Of a DNA stretch of 33,741 nucleotides, positions 26,320 through 32,525 are shown piece by piece. The stretch comes from Burkholderiales bacterium (lineage in GTDB: Bacteria > Pseudomonadota > Gammaproteobacteria > Burkholderiales > SG8-41). The notes beneath the pieces are model-generated. The model was not told the origin of the DNA. It was given only the letters and a program-made list of their open reading frames with translations, and did no database searches. Position numbers and translations under genes: made by a program. The DNA lies in NCBI GenBank assembly GCA_005800795.1, contig SYEN01000459.1, positions 1 to 33,741 on the forward strand, in the 5' to 3' direction. Position 1 is the stretch's first letter; each line of letters begins with the position of its first letter.

Positions 26320-26425
26320 GCGCAAATCCGGGCGCCACACGGGTGACAAGCCTGCACCGTGGGCGTAGCATGATGTTTTTGCCGCAGCCGGTGTCTTGAT
26401 ACTTCGCCATCAGGAGATTCGCATC

Positions 26426-27322
26426 ATGCCCATGCAGATACGCCCACTGGGGCCGTTCATCGGCGCCGAGGTTGATGGCATCGACTTGCGCGAGCCGTTG
26501 ACGCCCGCGCAGGCCGAGGCCATTCATCACGGCATGGATCGTTACGCGGTGCTGGTGTTTCGTGGCCAGCCGCTGACCAACGATCAGCACATGGCCTTCA
26601 CGCTGGCGCTGGGGCCGCTTGAAACCACACAAAAAAATGTCATGCGCAGCGCCAGCGGCGAATTCCGCATCCCCGATTCTTTCAACGACGTTTCCAACCT
26701 CGACCGCAACAACCAGCCTTACGCGCCCGGCGACCGCAAGCGCCTGTTCGCCATCGGCAACCGCCTGTGGCATTCCGATTCGTCGTTCAAGGTGGTGCCA
26801 GCAAAATATTCGCTGCTGCGCGCAGTGCGCATTCCGTCGGCAGGCGGCAACACTGAGTTCGCCCACATGGGCGCCGCCTACGAGGCGCTTGACGGGGACA
26901 CCAGGGACCTGATCGAGCCGTTGATCTGCGAACACTCGCAACTCTTTTCGCGCGACGTCATCGGCTTTCGTGAATTCTCGCCGGAGGAACGTGAGCGCTT
27001 CAAGCCGGTGCGTCAGCGGCTAGTGCGCACACTGCCGCGCACGGGGCGAAAATCAATTTATCTCTCGTCGCACGCCGGCACGATCATGGGTTGGCAGTTA
27101 CCCGAAGCACGGTTGTTGCTGCACGATTTGACCGAGCACGCCACACAGCGCGAGTTCGTCTATTCGCACCGCTGGCAGGTGAACGATCTGGTAATGTGGG
27201 ACAACCGCCAGACCATGCATCGCGGGCGGCCTTTCCCGCCTGAAGAACCGCGCGACGTCCGTCGCACCACCATCAAAGGGCACGCGCCGACGGTGGAACA
27301 GCAGGAAGCGGTTGCGGCATAA
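26426..27322 (+). CDS. TfdA/TauD-family Fe(II)/2-oxoglutarate dioxygenase (tandem copy 1)
   Basis: LWHSDSSFK (HxD), WDNRQTMHRGRPF, RRTTI. The ATG at 26426 has an AGGAGA upstream. The listed start at 26396 is upstream of the SD. Confidence 0.85.
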   Translation: MPMQIRPLGPFIGAEVDGIDLREPLTPAQAEAIHHGMDRYAVLVFRGQPLTNDQHMAFTLALGPLETTQKNVMRSASGEFRIPDSFNDVSNLDRNNQPYAPGDRKRLFAIGNRLWHSDSSFKVVPAKYSLLRAVRIPSAGGNTEFAHMGAAYEALDGDTRDLIEPLICEHSQLFSRDVIGFREFSPEERERFKPVRQRLVRTLPRTGRKSIYLSSHAGTIMGWQLPEARLLLHDLTEHATQREFVYSHRWQVNDLVMWDNRQTMHRGRPFPPEEPRDVRRTTIKGHAPTVEQQEAVAA

Positions 27323-27351
27323 TCTTTGTTGATCGATACAGGAGACACGTC

Positions 27352-28251
27352 ATGACCCTGCAAATACGCCCGTTGGGGCCGTTCATCGGCGCCAAGGTTG
27401 ACGGCATTGATCTGCGTGAGCCGCTGACGCCCGCACAGGCTGAGGCCATCCACGATGGCATGGATCGCCACGCAGTACTGGTGTTTCACGATCAGCCCGT
27501 CACCAACGAGCAGCATCTGGCGTTTACACAGGCGCTGGGGCCGCTGGAAAACACCGCGAAAAACACCCTGCGTGCGGCGGAGGATTTCCGGCTGCCGCCG
27601 ATGTTTGCCGATGTATCGAATCTCGACGGCAACAACCAGCCGTTCGGACGCGATGACCGCAAGCGCCTCTTTGCCATCGGCAACCGGCTGTGGCATTCCG
27701 ATTCGTCGTTCAAGGCCATCCCCGCAAAATATTCGCTGCTGCGGGCGGTGCGCGTGCCCTCAAAAGGCGGCAACACCGAGTTTGCGCACATGGGCGCGGC
27801 TTACGAGGCGCTCGACAACGACACCAGGGCCTTGATTGAACCGTTGATTTGCGAACACTCACAGATGTTTTCGCGCGATCTCATTGGCTTTCGTGAGTTT
27901 TCAGCCGAGGAGCGCGAGCGCTTCAAGCCGGTGCGCCAGCGGCTGGTGCGCACGCTGGCGCGCACCGGGCGCAAATCACTGTATCTGTCCTCGCACGCCG
28001 GCACCATTCTCGGCTGGCAATTGCCGGAAGCGCGGCTGCTGCTGCGCGATTTGGCCGAGCATGCCACGCAGCGCGAGTTTGTGTATTCGCACAAGTGGCG
28101 CGTCAATGATCTGGTGATGTGGGACAACCGACAGGCCATGCATCGCGGTCGGCCGTTCCCGGTTGAGGAAGCGCGTGACGTGCGCCGCACGACCATTTCT
28201 GGTGACGTGCCTACCGTGGCGCAGGCCGAAGAAGAAGCCGCCGCCGCGTGA
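27352..28251 (+). CDS. TfdA/TauD-family Fe(II)/2-oxoglutarate dioxygenase (tandem copy 2)
   Basis: Colinear with copy 1 over its whole length. AGGAGA SD and the same HxD / H / R motifs. Confidence 0.9.
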   Translation: MTLQIRPLGPFIGAKVDGIDLREPLTPAQAEAIHDGMDRHAVLVFHDQPVTNEQHLAFTQALGPLENTAKNTLRAAEDFRLPPMFADVSNLDGNNQPFGRDDRKRLFAIGNRLWHSDSSFKAIPAKYSLLRAVRVPSKGGNTEFAHMGAAYEALDNDTRALIEPLICEHSQMFSRDLIGFREFSAEERERFKPVRQRLVRTLARTGRKSLYLSSHAGTILGWQLPEARLLLRDLAEHATQREFVYSHKWRVNDLVMWDNRQAMHRGRPFPVEEARDVRRTTISGDVPTVAQAEEEAAAA

Positions 28252-28268
28252 ACGGGCGAGGCTATATC

Positions 28269-28297
28269 GTAACTATTTTATTTTATTCAAGAATTTT
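28269..28297 (+). repeat. AT-rich boundary motif-like island (i)
   Basis: GTAACTATTTTATTTTATTCAAGAATTTT matches 23/29 of the consensus. Most of it encodes the native C-terminus (KKFLNKIK), which is homologous to RRFLDKIR of the neighbouring paralogue, so the assignment is uncertain. Confidence 0.3.
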
Positions 28298-29175
28298 TTA
28301 GCCACTTCGACAAACCCCGGCGGGTTGTCGAGCGTGACGTGGTGATCGCAGCCAGCCACTTCCATCACGTCTATCTGCGGCGCCAGCGCTTTCACCTGCG
28401 CGATGATTTCCGGCGTTACGCGATTGCTGCGGTCACCCCGCATCAGCAACGCGGGAATCTTGATGCGCTCCCAGCACGGAATCAGATTGCGTCCGATGCG
28501 CAGCGCGTAAACATTGCGGTCCGCCTTGTTGCGCCAGCGCCCGTCCTCGAACTGCCGTCCCGCGTGCAATGCCAGATGGCGCACCACCTCGGGTGTGGCG
28601 CTGCTGCCCGCCGGACGAATCTTGAATCGCTCAACAAATTCGTTCTGATCGGCATAGCTGTTGCCTTCGCGCGCACCCACCGCGTTCATGGTGGCGATGC
28701 GATCCGGCGACATGTTCAGCGATGAGTCGATCATGATGAACGCCCTGGCGCGGCCCGGGTAAGTCGACGCATACACCGTCGACACCAGCCCGCCCATCGA
28801 GTGCCCAACGAGAATGAAATCGCGCAGATCAAGTTTTTCGGTCAGCGCGTGAATGTCGGCGGCGTAGTCATCATAGGTGTAGTGCTGCAAGGCGGAACGG
28901 TCCCAATCGCTGTCGCCGTGACCGCGCAGATCCAGCGCCAGCACGTGATATTCATCGGTAAGGCCATTCGCCACAAAATCATACCAGTGCGCGTTCGCCG
29001 CGCTACCGTGGATGCACAGCAGGGGCGTTTTACCCGCGGTGCCGTAGTCCTGCACGTGCAGTTTCAGGCCGCTGACTTCGACGGTACGGTCGGTATAGGG
29101 CGCGGGTTTCATCGGTGTGGTGGTATTCAATTCGGTAGACATCGTGACTAAGCGGGGCTGTGGCCAAAGAGGCAT
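28273..29175 (-). CDS. Alpha/beta hydrolase (tandem paralogue 2)
   Basis: LLCIHGSAANAHWYDF and the GHSMGG elbow. The ATG at 29175 overlaps the upstream stop (TGATG). The alternative ATG at 29142 gives an N-terminus colinear with the paralogue. Confidence 0.8.
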   Translation of the reverse strand: MPLWPQPRLVTMSTELNTTTPMKPAPYTDRTVEVSGLKLHVQDYGTAGKTPLLCIHGSAANAHWYDFVANGLTDEYHVLALDLRGHGDSDWDRSALQHYTYDDYAADIHALTEKLDLRDFILVGHSMGGLVSTVYASTYPGRARAFIMIDSSLNMSPDRIATMNAVGAREGNSYADQNEFVERFKIRPAGSSATPEVVRHLALHAGRQFEDGRWRNKADRNVYALRIGRNLIPCWERIKIPALLMRGDRSNRVTPEIIAQVKALAPQIDVMEVAGCDHHVTLDNPPGFVEVAKKFLNKIK

Positions 29176-30032
29176 CAGCGGATTTTATCCAAAAACCTTC
29201 TCGCCACCACGATAAAACCCGCCGGATTATCCAGCGTGATGTGATGATCGCAATTCGGCACCTCGTCGACTTCCACCTGCGGCGCGCGCGATTTCACGTC
29301 TGCGACGGTGACCGGATCGATACGCTGGCTGCGTTCACCCTTCATCAGCAGCACCGGAATCCTGATTTTGTTCCACAACGGAAAACTGTCCACCATTTCG
29401 CGATTGTTGTAGACCTTGCGATCCACCTTGTGCCGCCAGCGGCCATCGTCGAACTGGCGGCTGCTGCCTTTTGCGATATGGCGATGAATCTCTGCTGCTG
29501 CGGTGCTGCCGCCAGGGTGCACCTTGTAAGCGGCGATGAATTCTTCCTGCGTGGCGTAGTGGCGGCCTTCGCGATTGCTGATCGCGTTGAAGCCGGCGAT
29601 ACGCTCGGGCGTAAACTTGATGGTGGTATCCACCAACATGAATGCCTTCACACGGCCCGGATACGTGGCGCAGTAAATGCTGCCGATCATGCCACCCATC
29701 GAGTGGCCGATCAGCACAAAATCACGCAAATCAAGTTGCTCGGCCAGCACCTTCACATCGGCGGCGTGCTGGTGGTAGCCGTAGGTCGGCGTGGGTGACG
29801 GATCCCACTGGCTGTCGCCGTGACCCCGCAAATCGACTGCGCGCAAGTGGTAATCGGTGGTAAAACCGTGCGCGACAAAATCATACCAATGCGCATTGGC
29901 TGCGCCGCCGTGCAGGCACAATAGTTCGGGCTTGCCGGGGGTGCCGTAATCCTGCACCCGCAGTTTGAGGCCGTTGACCTCGATATAGCTCTCCGCATAA
30001 GGCGCGGGCCGTGCCATAGCTGTTGCAGACAT
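29175..30032 (-). CDS. Alpha/beta hydrolase (tandem paralogue 1)
   Basis: LLCLHGGAANAHWYDF and the GHSMGG elbow. Colinear with the downstream paralogue. Confidence 0.85.
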   Translation of the reverse strand: MSATAMARPAPYAESYIEVNGLKLRVQDYGTPGKPELLCLHGGAANAHWYDFVAHGFTTDYHLRAVDLRGHGDSQWDPSPTPTYGYHQHAADVKVLAEQLDLRDFVLIGHSMGGMIGSIYCATYPGRVKAFMLVDTTIKFTPERIAGFNAISNREGRHYATQEEFIAAYKVHPGGSTAAAEIHRHIAKGSSRQFDDGRWRHKVDRKVYNNREMVDSFPLWNKIRIPVLLMKGERSQRIDPVTVADVKSRAPQVEVDEVPNCDHHITLDNPAGFIVVARRFLDKIR

Positions 30033-30063
30033 CTTTCGTGCCTATTCCCGTTCGCGCCTATGC

Positions 30064-31182
30064 CTAATATTCCCTGAACATCCGCCGAATTTCACCCAGA
30101 TCACGGGTCTTGGTCAATGCCAACATCAGCATAATGCGCGCCTTCTGTGGATTGAGATTGTCGCCGGGCACCATGCCTTCGTCGTCGTATTCCTTGCGCG
30201 CAATCACGCGGCCATTGCCGGTGCGATTGGAACGCACGATCACGGGCCGCGTGTCGATCGGCCCCAGCGTCTTCACCGCCGCACGCTCCGCATTGGACAG
30301 TCCGCCCGCGCCAGTGCCCGCAAACACCATGCCGGCCGCGTTCGCGCCCGCCGCCTTTAGTGCATCCACGCCGGGCTCGGCGTAAGCGTAGAGAATTTCC
30401 ACTTTGGGTAACGCGCTGAGTTTACTCACGTCGAACTCTGACTTCGCGGTATGGCGCCGGGTCGACGTACGATAGTAAACGACCTCGTCCGGATCAACAT
30501 AGCCGAGAAACCCCAGTTCGCCGGAGCGAAAAGCCTCGACGCGATAGGTGTTCGACTTGGTCACATCGCGCGCGCCGTTGATTTCATCGTTCATCACCAC
30601 CAGCGCGCCCTTGCCGCGCGACACCGGCGCGCCCGCCACGCGTATCGCATTGAGCAGATTAAGCGGCCCGTCGGCACTGATCGCGGTGGCCGGGCGTTGC
30701 GAACCGACCAGCACCACCGGCTTGTCGTGCTTGACGGTGAGATGCAGAAAATACGCGGTCTCCTCCAATGTGTTGGTACCGTGTGTCACCACCACGCCGG
30801 CCACCGCCGGCTCTTCGCTGAAAATCGCGTTAATGCGCGCGGCAAGCTTCAGCCACACCGCCGTGTTCATGTTGGTGCTGCCGATGTTGATGATTTGCTC
30901 GACGCGCACCTGGGCGTACTGCTTGATTTCCGGCACGGCTTCAACCAGTTCCGAACCGAGACTCGAGCCCGCCTTGTACTCGGACAGGCTGGTGGTCGAA
31001 CCGCCACGCCCGGCTATCGTGCCGCCGGTGGACAGCACCACCACCAGCGGAAGCGCAGATGCACCCGCCGCGCCTGACGGCCCTTGCGCGACAGCCGTCA
31101 CCGGCACCACCGCCAGCGCAACAGCGAACCACAGCCCTGCGCGGAAACCGCCCGCACGGCACCAACGCCTATCAGAAAACAT
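30064..31182 (-). CDS. ansB: Periplasmic type II L-asparaginase / glutaminase-asparaginase
   Basis: Signal peptide, TGGTIAG with the nucleophilic Thr, the flexible-loop Tyr (SEYKAG), VLVGSQRPATAISADGPLNLLNA, and DVTKSNT. The second signature reads THGTNTLEETAYFL, with Asn where HGTDT is canonical. Confidence 0.85.
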   Translation of the reverse strand: MFSDRRWCRAGGFRAGLWFAVALAVVPVTAVAQGPSGAAGASALPLVVVLSTGGTIAGRGGSTTSLSEYKAGSSLGSELVEAVPEIKQYAQVRVEQIINIGSTNMNTAVWLKLAARINAIFSEEPAVAGVVVTHGTNTLEETAYFLHLTVKHDKPVVLVGSQRPATAISADGPLNLLNAIRVAGAPVSRGKGALVVMNDEINGARDVTKSNTYRVEAFRSGELGFLGYVDPDEVVYYRTSTRRHTAKSEFDVSKLSALPKVEILYAYAEPGVDALKAAGANAAGMVFAGTGAGGLSNAERAAVKTLGPIDTRPVIVRSNRTGNGRVIARKEYDDEGMVPGDNLNPQKARIMLMLALTKTRDLGEIRRMFREY

Positions 31183-31196
31183 AATAGTGACCTCAT

Positions 31197-31225
31197 GTAA
31201 GTATATGTTTTAATTGATTTATTTA
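31197..31225 (+). repeat. AT-rich boundary motif, strong copy (c)
   Basis: GTAAGTATATGTTTTAATTGATTTATTTA matches 26/29 of the consensus. It lies 15 nt upstream of the asparaginase start, in the opposite orientation to that gene. Confidence 0.6.
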
Positions 31226-31321
31226 TGATCGTTAGTCAGCAAAGCACAGTACGCTTGGCAGGTTGCTGCCAGGCTGTGCCGGAGCCCACGGTTGTTCGAC
31301 ACTCATAGTGGTTATCCTGGG

Positions 31322-32335
31322 TTAATCGATGCGCGTGTTGGTGGTTTTCACGAGCTTGGCCCAACGCGCGATTTCGCTCTTCATGTAGGCGCCCAGTTCT
31401 TCCGGCGACGTGCCGATGGGTTCAAACGCTTCCGTCATCAGGCGCTGGCGCAAATCGTTGTACTTCAAGGCCGCGAGAAACTCCCGATTTAACCGCGCGA
31501 TGATTTCCGGGGGCGCGCCCGCCGGCGCCAGCACGCCATACCACACCGCCGAGTCGTAACCCGGAATACTTTCCGCGATGGCAGGCAAATCGGGCAGCGC
31601 CGCCGAGCGTTTGGTCGTGGTGACACCCAGCGCACGCAAGCGCCCCACGCGAATAAAACTGTTGCTGCTGGTGTACGTGAGATAACTCAGTTGCAACTGC
31701 CCCGCCACCAGATCGACCATCGCCGGACCGCCGCCCTTGTACGGCACATGCACCATTTTCACATTCGCCAGCGAATTCAACATGGCGCCCGCCAGATGCG
31801 CACCGCTGCCGTTGCCGCCGGAGCCAAAGCGCAAGTCATCGGGCTTGGCCCGCGCCAGCGCCACCAGTTCCTTGACTGACTTCACCGGCAGCGCGGGATG
31901 CACCGTCAACACATAAGGCGCAATACCCAACAGCGAAACCGGCGTGTAGTCGCGCACCGGATCATACGGCAGCTTGGGATACAAACTCGGATTCACCGCC
32001 AGCTGTGCGGTAATCGCGAACACCAGCGTGTAACCATCCGCCGGCGACTTGGCGACATGTTCCATGCCGATATTGCCGCCCGCCCCGCCGCGATTTTCCA
32101 CCACCATTTGCTGGCCCAGGTTGGCGCTGATCAACTGCGCCAGCGGCCGTGCAATGATATCGGTGCCCCCGCCGGGTGGATAAGGCAGCACGAGGCGGAC
32201 GGGTTTGACGGGGTAGCCCTGTCCCGCGCCTGTCGAAGGGGTTTGTGCGTGCAGCGGCGGCGCAACGAAAAACCATGCCGCAAGCGGCATTGCCCCCATC
32301 GTAGCCGTTGTAGCAGCTCGAACCAAAGACCCCAT
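31322..32335 (-). CDS. Bug/TctC-family periplasmic binding protein
   Basis: GYPVKPVRLVLPYPPGGGTDIIARP...MVVENRGGAGG hallmark and C-terminal PEELGAYMKSEIARWAKLVKTTN. I trimmed the start to the ATG at 32335 (MGSLVRAATTATMGAMPLAAWFFVAPPLHA). The ATG at 32299 is also possible. The listed 32602 start would overlap the divergent gene. Confidence 0.8.
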   Translation of the reverse strand: MGSLVRAATTATMGAMPLAAWFFVAPPLHAQTPSTGAGQGYPVKPVRLVLPYPPGGGTDIIARPLAQLISANLGQQMVVENRGGAGGNIGMEHVAKSPADGYTLVFAITAQLAVNPSLYPKLPYDPVRDYTPVSLLGIAPYVLTVHPALPVKSVKELVALARAKPDDLRFGSGGNGSGAHLAGAMLNSLANVKMVHVPYKGGGPAMVDLVAGQLQLSYLTYTSSNSFIRVGRLRALGVTTTKRSAALPDLPAIAESIPGYDSAVWYGVLAPAGAPPEIIARLNREFLAALKYNDLRQRLMTEAFEPIGTSPEELGAYMKSEIARWAKLVKTTNTRID

Positions 32336-32525
32336 CACAGACTGTTCCCGCGCGAAGAATGAGTGCGGATTTTGTGGCAAGGGCTGCTTTATGTCCATCC
32401 CGCGCGCCTGCAAAGTCACGGCGCCGCAGCGCAGTCCACAACACGGCCCGGCGAACGTAGCTGGTGCGTCATTGCCGGTCGCAGGTTTTGACGCGATACT
32501 TCTGCAAACCCGTGCCGGATTACCC

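Noticed and set aside
1017-31225. AT-rich motif beginning GTAAGT and sometimes ending in AG, which superficially resembles tiny spliceosomal introns
   Set aside because: The gene content is unambiguously bacterial. Most copies are intergenic and occur in both orientations. The copies that overlap coding sequence are read through in frame.
31247-31270. Sigma-54-like TGGCAG-N5-CTGC on either strand upstream of the asparaginase gene
   Set aside because: The GG-to-GC spacing is one nucleotide off the TGGCAC-N5-TTGC consensus, and the -12 element is CTGC rather than TTGC. The segment is also simply a 6-bp hairpin (TGGCAG GTTG CTGCCA).
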